Below, one piece after another: positions 37,840-49,978 of a DNA stretch of 60,181 bases. The stretch spans positions 20,424,553 through 20,484,733 of the forward strand of contig NC_057725.1 in NCBI RefSeq assembly GCF_004010195.1. Direction: 5' to 3'. The first letter of the stretch is position 1, and every line of letters starts with the position of its first letter. A program made the position numbers and the translations under genes. The notes beneath the pieces were generated by a model that was not told where the DNA came from, did not search any database, and saw nothing but the letters and a program-made list of their open reading frames with translations. The stretch is from Chiloscyllium plagiosum (lineage: Eukaryota).

Positions 37840-38370
37840 AGTATGGAAAGCAGCTCTTCAGTCCATCATGCTCGTGCCGGTCTTTCAAACATCCATTTGT
37901 TCTAATCCCATTTTCCAGCACTTGTTTCTCATCCTAATGTTTCAAATGTTCATCTAAAAAGTTCTTCAAGTTTTAAAAGGTTTCAGCCTCTACTACCTTT
38001 TTAGGCAGTGAGTTCCAAATGCCTACAACCCTCTCAAGGAGTAGATGTTCCCTCACACCCTCTCTAAACCTCCAACAGCTTACTTTAAAACTGTGCTCCC
38101 TGCTTATTGACCAATCTTCCAGTGGAAAGGCCCCTCCCTATCTACACTATAGATATCCTTTCGACAGTTGTATACCTCAAATCAAATACCCCCTCAAGCC
38201 TTCTGTGTTCTAAGGAAAATAAACCTAGTCTCTCAAACTATCACAGTTGAAATCACTCCAGCCCAAGCAACATTCCTTGCTCCCTTAAATACAATCACAA
38301 TTTTCCCATAGAGTTAGGACAAAAACTGTACACATTACTCCAGCTGTGGCCTAGTGTTATATACAGCTCC
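37840..38370 (-). mobile_element. Decayed CR1 3' fragment
   Basis: Similar to the other CR1 3' ends in the window. Confidence 0.6.
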
Positions 38371-38933
38371 ATCATGATCTGAAACAGTAATTCTATTTCT
38401 CTCTTCACAGATACCACTGGACCCGCTAATTATTTCCAAACTTTTATGTTTTCACTTCACAGTTCCAGCATCTGTTTTGGCACTGAACAACAGGGTCCCA
38501 CATACAGTTTTTAATAAATTTTATTGGTTTATTTCTGAAACACGACTGGGGCCACTACTATTGCTTTCTTTCCCCAATACCTGCCTTCAAAATCACAATC
38601 CCTTCTCACAAGATGCAGTGAAGAGAATAATGAAGGATGCTGAAATTGAAGGTATATTTCCACTTGTCATCTTGCAATTGGAATGAAGATTTTATGACAG
38701 TAAAGTCTTGTGGTAAAAATTAACTTACCTTTCTATAACTTATGCAAAGGTTACTCAAATTCAGTATTTTATGTATAAAATTACACAGATACATAATCCT
38801 ACAATACAAATGATTGTGTAATTTGAAGTTTCTTAAAATTTTCAAAAACAAGATACCTACTCAACATTTACGCAGAGCAACCTCATTATAATAATTAATG
38901 CTTATTTCACTAAAAAAGACTTGGTCAACATAC

Positions 38934-39125
38934 ATTAATTAAATAAGCTGCCACCATAGTGGCACTGCGTGATCGCCCAGCCTTACAGTGTACATAGACA
39001 CTGGTTCCATTTTTACGATGTTTAGTAAGAAAATCAACGCCTTTTCTCAGGTCTTCTAATTTTGGTACTCCGAGTATATCAACTGTGCTGAGACGCAACT
39101 GCTCCACGCCAAAGGATTCCCATTC
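38934..39125 (-). CDS. PTPMT1: PTPMT1 coding exon 3 (catalytic P-loop)
   Basis: 192 nt, tttcag/gtatgt; EWESFGVEQLRLSTVD...VYVHCKAGRSRSATMVAAYLIN with the CX5R motif HCKAGRSRS. Confidence 0.97.
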
Positions 39126-39183
39126 CTGAAACACAACTTTGATTAGCAATTTAACTTAAAGTATTCAATTGGAATGTAACACT

Positions 39184-40616
39184 GTATGTAAGTTTGTTCG
39201 CCAAGCTGGAAGATTCATTTTCAGACGGATTGTCACCATACAAAGTAACACCCGTGAGCCTCCGGTGAAGCACTGGTGTCAGTGACCCACTTTCTATTTA
39301 GGTGTTCAGGTTTCCTTGGGTTGGTGACAATTTCCTGTGGTGATGTCATTTCCTGTTTTTTTTTCCCCAGGAATAAACCCTTTCAAAGGTGGTAAATGGG
39401 ATCCCAAGTCAATGTGTCTGTTGATGGCATTCCAACTGGAACTCTATGTTTCTAGGCATTCTCATGCATGTCTCTGTTTGGCTTGTCCTAGGATGTGTTG
39501 TCCCAAATGAAGTGAAGTGGTGTCCTTCCTAATCTGTATGCAAGGATACTTGTGAGAGTGGGTCATGTCTTTGTGGCTAGTTGGTGTTCATGTATCCTGG
39601 TAGCTAGTTTTCTGCCTGTCTGTCCAATAGTGTTTGTTACGATCCTTGCACAGTATTTTGTAAACGACATTGGTTTTGCTTGTTGTCCATATTGGGTCCT
39701 TCAAGTTCATTAGCTGCTATTTTAGTGTGTTGGTGGGTTTGTGGGCTACCATGATACCAAGAGGTCTGAGTAGTCTGGCAGTCATTTCCAAGATGTCTTT
39801 GAAGTAGGGGAGAGTGGCTAAAGTTTCTGGATGTGTTTTATCTGCTTGTTTAGGTTTGTTACTGAGAAATTGGCAGACTGTGTTCATTGGGTACCCATCC
39901 TGTTTGAATACACAGTATATTGACTTTCCTCTACACTGCAGTGTGTGGTGGCTTGTTGAAATAATGTTCTAATGCAGCTTCATTTGTGGGTGGTGTTGGG
40001 ATGATTCCTTCTCATCCAATCAAATCAGTCATCTCAACACCATTAGAACATTATTTCAACGAGCCACCACACACTGCAGCACAGGGGAACTATGCAGAGC
40101 TAATGAACTTGAACCCTATATAGACAAGCAAAACTAACGTCATTTACAAAATACCTTGCAAGAACTGTAACACAAACCACATTGGACAAACAGGCAGAAA
40201 ACTAGCCACCAGAGTATACTAACATCAACTAGCCACAAAAAGACATGACCCACTCTCACTAGTATCCTTACATACTAGATGAGGAAGGACACCATTTCAA
40301 TTGGGACAACACATCCATGCTAGGAGATGCCAAACAGACATGCACAAGAATACCTAGAAGCATTGCATTCCAACTGGAACGCGTTCAACAAACATTTTGA
40401 TTTAGACCCCATTGACCACCCTCTAAAAGGATTTATTCCTAAAAAACAACAGGAAATGACATCACCACAGGAAATGACATCAACCCAAAGAAACAAACAA
40501 ATACAAAGCGGGTCACGAACACCAGTGCTTCACCAGAGGCTCACTGATGTTTCCGAGTTTGGTGACCGAAATGTCTGATAACGAACCTTCCAGCTCAGCA
40601 AACAAACTTACATCTA
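39184..40616. mobile_element. Large inverted (fold-back) Penelope-like insertion with GIY-YIG remnants, in PTPMT1 intron 2
   Basis: Left arm (-) about 39186-40013 and right arm (+) about 40030-40613 are homologous; NVIYKIPCKNC..IGQTGRKLATR..HQLATKRHDPLSLVSLH; TSD GAATG(T/C)AACACT at 39172-39183 and 40617-40628. Confidence 0.85.
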
Positions 40617-41971
40617 GAATGCAACACTACAAACGATGTTTTATTTCTCAATATAAAAAAAAAAGAGTCACTTCTTATGTATAGTCTCAGTATAGAATCA
40701 ATGTGTCAAATAATTTGGCTTCTGGTCACAAAGCATAGCCAAGCAACAGCACTGCCAAAGACAGGCATGAACATACCTGGTAAAATCTGAATGATAATGC
40801 TCATCACTGGCTGACAACCTACATTTAGAAAAGAACTGGTTTCCAATGATAGCGTGTGAGAATAAATCTTGAAAGGACTCATCACTTAATATTAACTAAA
40901 TCAAGAAAGTGTAGAAAATAAGTGGTGTAAATTCAATGCAAGTATAAAAAGTGAAGAAATAAAAAAAATTCAATTGTAAAGAAACATTCCATACTTTTAT
41001 TGGGGTTTCTCTGCATCTATTTTGCCAAAATATGAGAATCACATGAATATAGAAATCTTTATAAGGCTACAATTGAGAGACTGCATGCAAATGGAAACTT
41101 CCAATTGCAACACATTTTCATCCTGAGTAACAATACTAATGAGCTCCCTCAGTAAAAATCCTATTTTGATAACAAACCCAATAACACAAAACCTATATGC
41201 TTTCAGATTCTGCATCAAGTATTTTTGTAATTACTTTCCTTTTTGTCAGTTTGCAGGTTACAAAAAGCATCAAAGCAGCTGCTAAGGAAGTTCGAATCAT
41301 AATAACATGAAACCAATGCATAGTACCCAACTGAAAGGTAGATAGATAAAGAGCAACATTCAGATGGATGATGCTATAGAGTGACTCATGATGAAAATGT
41401 GAATGTTTGAGTATCATGCAAGGAAATGGTTGGCTTGTGTCTGATATCCATTGTATTGAAATAGCCTTCAAGACACATGGTTTAGAATAAAATATGTAGC
41501 ATGCTCACTGGGACAAAATACCAGACACCAGAGTGGAACTGTTTCCCAGCAAACATCAGTACTTTCCAGAGGAGAGAAAATAGAGAAAGCAGCAACCATG
41601 GCTCCTGGTCACATGAAACAGCTGAACTGCAATGCTTGAAGAGGTTTTTTTGCTTAAAATAAAAATCAATAACGTGCAATTCTTCTCTTTCATTTGATAC
41701 AATGTTGTTCTGACAATTCTTAGTGATACATGAAATGACGATGTAGGAGTGAAATATGAAAATGATTAGTGACATTTGATGGTAATTACAAATTACAATG
41801 CTATTAAAAGGTTACTGTCTCATCTCAAAACTCCAAGTTATTTTGCATTATTCACCTGCTATCAATCCTTTCTGCAAAGGGATCCTACACTAAAAAAATC
41901 TGTTCCACTTCAATCCAAGTAGCACGTGAACTATTGAATACCTCCCCATTAAGTTTTGTTTTTCTACCTAC

Positions 41972-42052
41972 CTTTGTTGTATTCACAAAAAATTTGGTTT
42001 CATAGTCTTCAGTCATGGTTATCACTCCTCGAACATTCTCTTTATTTACTAA
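41972..42052 (-). CDS. PTPMT1: PTPMT1 coding exon 2
   Basis: 81 nt, ttacag/gtaggt; LVNKENVRGVITMTEDYETKFFVNTTK. Confidence 0.95.
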
Positions 42053-42639
42053 CTGTAAATCAAGTAAAAGAATCATCGAAGGAGATGTAGCAGACAGAAA
42101 TGTGAACCTCAGGCAAACAGAGACAACGTAGACTTTTGCACAGAACGATCAAAATTTTTCAATAATACAAATTGAAGAATATCAGCAAATACAGAAGGTC
42201 AGATATGGGTTAAGGAACTGTCAATTATACTTGCTATATTACTGCAAAGAGATAAATATGCAATACAAATAAAAATTAAAATCAAAAACTGAAGTCTGAA
42301 ATTGAGTAGAGAAACATAGAAATCTACTAAAGTGCATGTTACTTAAAGCAAGACTGGAGGTTGTAAAATCTAAAAGGCAAGTGGGATGCTGTATTTCATA
42401 TAATCATTGCTCGTTGATACACAATTAGAGACTGGTGAAAACTCAGGTCACAAGTTTCTACCATAGATCTGTGACTGAACAGACTCATTTTTGAACATCA
42501 GATCTTCAGGCACATGGGACAACGTGTCCCACACGTTAGTGGGATCTACAGTGCTGGATTTGCTTCCTTTTCTTTCCTTCTGTGTCAGCACTCTGCCTCA
42601 TTAAGATGTCTGGACTCAAAAGCCTGACGCCATTTAATG

Positions 42640-43110
42640 GACAGGTCAGAGTGCAGAAGACGCCCTTCAGCCTATCAAGTCTGCACCAATAACTACTACT
42701 AAAATGCGCAGTAATCTCAATTTCCTGTACTTGTCCCATGCTCTTAATGTTAATGATATTTCAAGTGTGCATCCAAATATTTTTTAAAGATTGTAAGTTT
42801 CCGTCCTCCACTACCTTCTCAGGCATAACATTCCAGATTCCCACCATTCGGAGTGAAAATGTTTTTCTCAAATCTCCTCTGAATCTCCTGACCCTTATCA
42901 TAAAGCTGCACCCCTCATAACCGAGGCCCAAGGGGAGCAGCTGCTTCCTATTCACCTTAGGTATATCCCTCAATCTTATACACTTCAATCACATCCCTCC
43001 TCAGCCTTGTCTGCTCCAAAGGAAACAATCCAAGCCCATCTAATCTCTTCTTGTAGGTCAACTGTTCCATCTCAGGCAACATCCTGGTGAAGCTCTCTGC
43101 ACCCTCTCCA
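42640..43110 (-). mobile_element. CR1 3' fragment
   Basis: FTRMLPEM..YKKRLDGLGLFPLEQTRLRRDVIEVYKI. Confidence 0.8.
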
Positions 43111-44049
43111 GTTTGAGTCACTAAGTAGCAAGCTCCCTCCAACCATTAATGTCAATGTTTCAAGGATGATGCATTACAATAAAATAGAAGAAAGCATTAA
43201 CTTGGAGTGTTAATAATGACAGTGTTGAATGTGATTGAGAACTCCATTGTAGAAAGGACATTGGAGTCATGAAATGAGTAAAATGCAAATTAGATTGACA
43301 CCAGGATACTTCAATGACAGGATACTATTATAACGACTTCATCATGTGAAATGTGGACAATCAGCGTAACTTTAAAAACAAAACTTACATTAACATTTTA
43401 AAATTATTACAGGATAACTTCTTCAATCACAAGGGATTGAAAATTTCCTAGAAGTGACTGTGACAAAGACTGTCTTACTACTTTGAAATTATTTTGGAAG
43501 AAAAGGTCAGTAATAATTTTTAAAAATAAGGTGAATCACAAAGAAAAATATTTTAAAAAAGGTACTGGGATAATATTACAGACTCGAGATTTCCAATGCA
43601 CAGCTAACAGTAGCCTACCCTTGGGAAGCCAGTATGTGATTCTTCATCATCCTAAGCACATTTTGACAAAACCTTCACAACAAGAATTTGTTGAACCAAG
43701 CAATAAATGGTGCAAGTCCTTTCTGATGGTTAAAGACTGTACACAGATGATCCGTGTAAAGCAGGAGCTTTGACATTGGTTCTGCTGGATCTTGGGGCAA
43801 ATGCAGCCCAAAATCAGCACAAATGCAAAAAAAAAATGTAGACTTTAAAACCCCAACTACATTTGGTACAACTTTAGCTTCTCTCACCTTTGCATCAGTT
43901 TAATTTAATTTAAAATATTTGTCTAATCAGCTTGGTCAGAGACAGCATCACACACCACTCTGGAGAAAGTAGGATGTGAACTCAGGCCTCCAGATGTAGA
44001 AGTGGGGACACTGACACTGCACCACAAGAGGAGCTTAATAAACATCCAG

Positions 44050-44505
44050 CTCAAAACAAAGCAAAGAGCCACCCACAGTTATGGTCCATTGGCATCATCG
44101 GAAACATCAGTCAACATCTTCACACACAACAAATCAGTCTGCAAGTTGGAAGAACGACACCTTATCTTCTGCCTGGGCAGACTACAGCCCAAAGGCCTTA
44201 ACACTAAGCTCCCTAATTTCATATAACCTTCCCACCCATCCCATGGCCCCTTCCCAACCCCACTTCCTCCCTTCTATTCCAACTACTGAACCTTTCTTCC
44301 AGCTACCAATCAGATTGACCCATCCCATCAACCAACCAGGTCTTACCCACTACTTTTATCCACCTATCACTACCTCACCATCCTAATACTCTCCTCTGCA
44401 GCTCCCGTTACCCTCACATCTAGTCCTGACGAAGGGTTAATACCCAAAACATTGACTTCTCCACCTCCTGATGCTGCCTGATTTGCTGTTCTTCCATCTG
44501 CGTTG
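44050..44505 (+). mobile_element. Old Penelope-like 3' fragment
   Basis: CKLEERHLIFCLGRLQPKGLN (endonuclease C-terminus); decayed motif CTGACGAAGGGTTAATACCCAAAAC near 44426. Confidence 0.7.
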
Positions 44506-44561
44506 GCCAACTTCATGCAACCCCGCCTCGCCCCTTCATACAGACTCCGCCCAGTCACGTG

Positions 44562-44663
44562 AGGCCCCGCCCCCACGCTTGAATGCGGGCTGACTCCAGG
44601 CCCCGCCCCCACGCTTGAATGCGGGCTGACTCCAGGCCCCGCCCCCACGCTTGAATGCGGGCT
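44562..44663. repeat. 36-bp tandem repeat, about 2.8 copies
   Basis: AGGCCCCGCCCCCACGCTTGAATGCGGGCTGACTCC starting at 44562, 44598 and 44634 (last copy partial). Confidence 0.95.
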
Positions 44664-44832
44664 CTCTCCCCCCACCCCCCCGTACCTCATGGGTGAGTGA
44701 GCGGAAAGGTAGCGCCCCGATGATGACAGTCTGACCCCGCCCCCAGGCTCCATTCGCCTCTCTCTCCCCCCACCCCCCCGTACCTCATGGGTGAGTGAGC
44801 GGAAAGGTAGCGCCCCGATGATGACAGTCTGA
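44662..44832. repeat. Exact 73-bp direct duplication spanning the PTPMT1 exon 1 / intron 1 junction
   Basis: 44662-44734 is identical to 44760-44832 (offset 98). Confidence 0.95.
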
Positions 44833-44930
44833 TCGATGCGGTCATACCAATGCCGGCCCCACACCTTCGACATGAAGATGTTATAACCCAGACTCGGCAA
44901 GAAAACGGCGCGCGCGAACAACGCCTCCAT
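44784..44930 (-). CDS. PTPMT1: PTPMT1 coding exon 1 (mitochondrial phosphatidylglycerophosphatase)
   Basis: MEALFARAVFLPSLGYNIFMSKVWGRHWYDRIDQTVIIGALPFRSLTHE; 147 nt; GAG|GTACGG donor; CpG-rich context. An in-frame ATG at 44966 is an alternative start. Confidence 0.92.
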
Positions 44931-45282
44931 TACTAACGGCCACTTCCTATCCTTCACGTCCCCCATAAGCACCCTCCCCGACTTCCGGTCCGTCCTCCGA
45001 GCCGCTTCCCCCCCTCCCTTCCCCGGCACCTCACTGGTTCCTCCTGGCGGCAGGAATGTCCTTTTTTATTTCTCCAGGGTCAGGGATTGTAGATACTGAT
45101 CACCTGAAAAAGAAAGCACAAACGACTGCTGATGTCAAATAAAAAAACGTCTCTTAACGAAACTGTTAAGTTGCAGAAGGAAGCCATTTGGCCCATCGTG
45201 GCTGCACTAGCTCTATTATTCAGTCTAACTCTTACTACCTTGTGCCAGCCTCTGCTTTTCCCCCATTTCCCTGAAAATCATT

Positions 45283-46479
45283 CCTCGTCCATTTCCCGCA
45301 CCTCCGCCCTCAGACCCCATCCCTCCAACCGTAACAAGTACAGAACGCCCCTGGTGCTCACCTTCCACCCTACCAACCTTTGCATAAACCAAATCATCCG
45401 CCGACATTTCCACCACCTCCAAGCAGACCCCACCACCAGGGATATATTTCCCTCCCCACCCCTTTCCGCCTTCCGCAAAGACCGTTCCCTCCGTGACTAC
45501 CTGGTCAGGTCCACGCCCCCCTACGACCCACCCTCCCATCCTGGCACTTGACCCTGCCACCGCAGGAACTGTAAAACCTGTGCCCACACCTCCTCCCTCA
45601 CCTCCATCCAAGGCCCTAAAGGAGCCTTCCACATCCATCAAAGTTTTACCTGCAAATCCACTAATATCATCTATTGTATCTGTTGCTCCCGATGCGGTCT
45701 CCTCTACAATGGGGAGACTGGGCNNNNNNNNNNNNNNNNNNNNNNNNNNNNNNNNNNNNNNNNNNNNNNNNNNNNNNNNNNNNNNNNNNNNNNNNNNNNN
45801 NNNNNNNNNNNNNNNNNNNNNNNNNNNNNNNNNNNNNNNNNNNNNNNNNNNNNNNNNNNNNNNNNNNNNNNNNNNNNNNNNNNNNNNNNNNNNNNNNNNN
45901 NNNNNNNNNNNNNNNNNNNNNNNNNNNNNNNNNNNNNNNNNNNNNNNNNNNNNNNNNNNNNNNNNNNNNNNNGCTATGCTACTTTCTCCCCACCCCCACC
46001 CTCTTCTAGTTATCTCTCCACGCTTCAGGCTCACTGCCTTTATTCCTGATGAAGGGCTTTTGCCCGAAACGTTGATTTTGGAGCTCCTTGGAGGCTGCCT
46101 AAGCTGCTGTGCTCTTCCAGCACCACTGGTCCAGAATCTGGTTTCCAGCATCTGCAGTCATTGTTTTTACCTCTTGAACTGTCCTGCCTATCCATCTTTC
46201 TTCTCACCTATCCACTCCACCCACTTCTCTGGCCTATGACCTTCACCCCCACCTTCATCTACCTATTGCATTCCCAACTACTTTCCCCAGCTCCACCTCT
46301 ACCCCCTCCCATTTATCTCAGCCCAGCCCTCTTGGGCCACGAGCCTCATTCCCGATGAAGGGCTTATGCATGAAAAGTCGATTCTCCTGCTCCTTGGAGG
46401 CTGCCTGACCAGCTGTGCTTTTCCAACACCACACTTTTTGACTCTGAACCCCAGCATTTGCAGTCCTCACTTTCTCCTC
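45283..46479 (+). mobile_element. Penelope-like element (Cys-rich linker + GIY-YIG start) plus a second terminal fragment; contains an N gap
   Basis: PLVLTFHPTNL...FPSPPLSAFRKDRSLRDYLVRS, then PCHRRNCKTCAH and NIIYCICCSRCGLLYNGETG; hammerhead motif at 46046-46073; decayed second motif near 46352. Confidence 0.85.
45724..45972. other. Assembly gap (N run); smaller gaps at 18516-18531 and 59292-59328
   Basis: Runs of n, all inside repeats. Confidence 1.
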
Positions 46480-46499
46480 AACTCATCGATCTCCAGTTC

Positions 46500-48040
46500 T
46501 AACGTGCCATGGTGAGAAACCGTAATGGCCTCCTCAGGAGACTGACATGTGATGCTTATGGGATAGGATACCCTTCATTGTCCAGTACATCCCGGGAGCG
46601 GAGAAACTATGCCATGTTCTTTGCAGCCTGTGACACATTATCAATGAGGATGAGCACCTCACCAAGGCCTTCTCTACGCTTCCACTCCTTGCCTTTAAAC
46701 AACCACCAAACCTTAAATGGACCATTGTTAGCCACCTTCAGGACAACATCGACCACAACTCCATACAACCCTGTCATAGCAACCACTGCAAGACGTGTCA
46801 GAGTGTCGACATGGATACCACCATTACACGTAGGCACACCACCCACCATGTACACAGCAGGTATTCCTGTGCCTTGGCCAATATTGTCTACCCTTGCAGG
46901 CAAGGATGCCTCGAGGCATGCTACATTAGTGAGACCAGGCAGACGCTATGACAACGGATGAATGGATACCATGCAACAATCTGTGGGCGGCACGGTGGCA
47001 CAGTGGTTAGCACTGCTGCCTCACAGCGCCTGAGACCCGGGTTCAATTCCCGCCTCAGGCGACTGACTGTGTGGAGTTTGCACGTTCTCCCCGTGTCTGC
47101 GTGGGTTTCCTCCGGGTGCTCCGGTTTCCTCCCACAGTCCAAATATGTGCAGGTAAGGTGAATTGGCCATATTAAATTGCCCATAGTGTTAGGTAAGGGG
47201 TAAATGTAGGGGCATGGGTGGGTTGCGCTTCGGCGGGTCGGTGTGGACTTGTTGGGCCGAAGGGCCTGTTTCCACACTGTAATGTAATCTAATCTAATCT
47301 AATCGCTAGACAGGGATGTTCCCTTCCACTTGAGGAACACTTCAGCGGTCAGAGACATTCGACCTCAGACTTTCGGGTGTCCATCCTCCAAGACAAACTT
47401 CGAGATACGCAATAACGCAGAGTGACTGAGCAGAAGCTGATAGCCAAGTTCGGAATCCTGAGAACGACCTCAACTAGGCCCTTGGGTTCATGTCCCCACT
47501 ACTCTCTCTCTCTCACACATAGTCGCACACTCATGCAAACCCTCTTTATATTTGCAAGTACATACTATTTTGCTCAAAAAACGCACAATTTGCAGACAGT
47601 CAATACAGGCTGTCAATCCATATAACATTTTATATATTCCCACTTTGGAAATTGAACCAGTCTGACTCAAGATTGGGATACCGATAGACTCTAACCTCAC
47701 AGCTTTAATACATTTATGAGCTGAGATGTCACCTCTTTTTATAAAACCTTAAGTTAGCTCGAAAATGTGACTTAAAAGAAGTCCTGCAATTTACATATTA
47801 ATGAACTGAAACCTGCAACCCATTCTAAATGACGAAAGACTTAACAGCAATCTAGGTTTGTTCAACATATCTTTTCAGCTGTAATCTTTCGCTATAAATT
47901 TTGTGTCTTATGATCTTGCTCCACAACCACCTGATGAAGGAGCAGCAGTCTGAAAAGCTAGTGCTTCCAAATAAACCTGTTGGACTATAACCTGGTGCTT
48001 TACCTTTGTCCACCCCAGTCCAAAACCGGCACCTCCACTT
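46500..48040 (+). mobile_element. Penelope-like element (second family), interrupted by a SINE
   Basis: Decayed ORF LAFKQPPNL..PCHSNHCKTCQ..YISETRQTL*QRMNG, resuming after the SINE with EQKLIAKFG; 3' region ends in the CTGATGAAGGAGC tail near 47931. Confidence 0.8.
46985..47303 (+). mobile_element. Young full-length V-SINE nested in a Penelope-like ORF
   Basis: CpG-rich, near-consensus copy with (AATCT)n tail; the host ORF resumes after it. Confidence 0.9.
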
Positions 48041-48060
48041 CATGCATCCCTATCGTGTAG

Positions 48061-48350
48061 AAAAAGGCCATTTAGCCCATCAAATCTGCACTGACCCTCC
48101 CCATAACCCTGCATGTACCACGGCTAATTCACCTAACCTGCACAACCCAGGACACTACAATTGAATTTAGCATGGTCTGTCTGCATAACCTGCACATGTT
48201 CAGACTGTGGTTCCTCCAGAGCACCTGGAGGAAAGCTATGCAGACATGGGGAGAACATGCAAGTACCATAGAGACAGTCACCCAAAGCTGGAATTAAACT
48301 CAAGTCCTTGGCGCTGCGAGACAACAGTGCTAACCTATATGCCACTGTGT
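48061..48350 (-). mobile_element. Decayed V-SINE
   Basis: Reverse V core and head are recognisable with many substitutions. Confidence 0.65.
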
Positions 48351-48429
48351 CACTCAATTTGCTGTGTGAAAAGGTCGGTGAGCACACCACCCTTGCTTCA
48401 TTTACAAATCACTCGTCCTTGTTTCTTGT

Positions 48430-49080
48430 ACAAGCGGAAACAGCTTCACCCTATCAATTCTTGCCCACTTTGCACATGAATGAAAAACTCAATCAGATCT
48501 CCTTTCAGACTTCTTTCTGGAAAAAAGAGAAAGAAGAAAAGCCCCACCTTCCTCAATCTATCCTCATAGCTGGAACCATTGTAATTAATCACTTCTGCAC
48601 TCTCTCCAATGCCTTTGCATCTTTCCTGTAATATAGCAGCAACAACTGTACACAATACTCCAACTGAGATCTTAACAACTGTCCTGTACATGTTCAACAT
48701 CACCTCCCTGCCCTTGGATTCTATTAATAAAGCTAAGAACGTCACGTTTTATTTATTGCTCTCTTTCAGTGATCTATGCATGTGTATACCTAGAACCCTC
48801 TGCTCCTGCACACCATTTAAAATTGAATCCCCTATGTTATATTGTCTTTTAGTCTTCTTTTGAACAAAATGCATCATCTCACAATTCTCTGCATTGAATC
48901 TCATCTGCTACCTATCAGACTATTCCACCAACTTGTTATGTAAACTTGAAAATTGTCCCCTGATCCAGGACATTAATATTAATCAGGAAAAGCAAGGGTC
49001 CCAAATAACAACCACTGGGGATCTCCATGACAAACCTTCCTCCAACCTGAAAGACAGTCGTTTATCATTTCCATTGCTCC
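48430..49080 (-). mobile_element. Decayed CR1 fragment
   Basis: IESKGREVMLNMYRTVV; RSLKGDLIE. Confidence 0.65.
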
Positions 49081-49978
49081 TGATTCCTGCATTGGTAATG
49101 CAACTCACTGCGCTAATATGAGCTGCTGCTTATGATGAATGTTACTGTCGCCATAAGAAGTTCTGAAAAAAGGTCACTCAACCCAAAACATTAACCTGGA
49201 TTTTCTCTCCAAAGATGCTGCCAGACTTGCTGAGCTTTTCCAGCAATTTCTATTTTTGTCTCCAATTCTCCACTTTGCTGCGTAGGTGCCACTGTTGTAG
49301 CTGAATTGGATCAGCTTGTCTGGGGGCGCGGCTAATTCTGGAACACAAATCTTCAGTATCATTGCCAGAGCATTGTCAGGGTTTATAGTCTTTGCTGGAT
49401 CCAGCGCCTTCAGTTGTTTCTTGATATTACTTAAAAGCGGAGGAAATTGGATGAAGTCTGGCAAATGTGATCCTGTGGATCACCGGAGGAGATCAGGTTG
49501 GATCACCCATTTGACAGTTCTGGCTGAAGATAGACGGGTGCAAATGCTTCAACCTTGCCTTTTGCAATGATGGGTTGGGTTCCCCCATCATTGAGGACAG
49601 GGATACTCGTGGAGCCTCCTCCGGTGAATTGTTTAACTATGTGCCATCATTCATGACTGGAAGTGGCAAGACTGCAGAGCTTAGATCTGATCTTTTGATT
49701 GTGGCATCAATTATTTTCTTTAAATCTGTGTTTCCTGTATCCTGTATATCCTGTATTCTGACAAGCTCAGGCTTGTCATGATCAAGATCCTGACTACAAG
49801 ACTGCTGTTTTGAAGTTAAAAATTCAGACAAACTAACTACTGAAACGTCAACGCTTCTGCTCCTCTGATGCTGCTTGACCTGCTGTGCGTTTCCAGCTCC
49901 ACATTTTATTGACTCTTGAAATGCCCATTTAAAATTACCTATGCTTCTTTTTGCTAAGATCTTGCACATTTCACTGAT

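Larger units (their letters stand above)
44520..45055. promoter_or_regulatory. PTPMT1 CpG-rich promoter / exon 1 region
   Basis: High CpG density; ETS/GABP-like ACTTCCGG at 44981-44988; several CCCCGCCCC GC boxes; E-box GTCACGTGAG at 44554-44563. Confidence 0.7.

Noticed and set aside
44562-44663. 36-bp repeats as a CRISPR array
   Set aside because: No spacers, no cas genes, eukaryotic intron context.
44720-44832. ATGATGA and CTGA motifs resembling C/D-box snoRNA boxes
   Set aside because: Each C/D pair is only 4 nt apart, leaving no guide region. The motifs are the antisense of coding sequence, doubled by the duplication, and have no + strand host.
44370-45029. 219-aa ORF as a single-exon protein with PHSSVGAGPGVS repeats
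   Set aside because: PTPMT1 similarity stops exactly at the GT donor; the rest is GC-rich intron and 36-bp repeat read-through.
45225-46239. 308-aa and 248-aa ORFs
   Set aside because: Their length comes from reading through 249 Ns; the flanks are Penelope-like remnants.
46985-47060. tRNA-like sequence with A and B boxes (also at the other SINE heads)
   Set aside because: It continues into the SINE core and tail and lacks a proper cloverleaf; it is a SINE head, not a tRNA gene.
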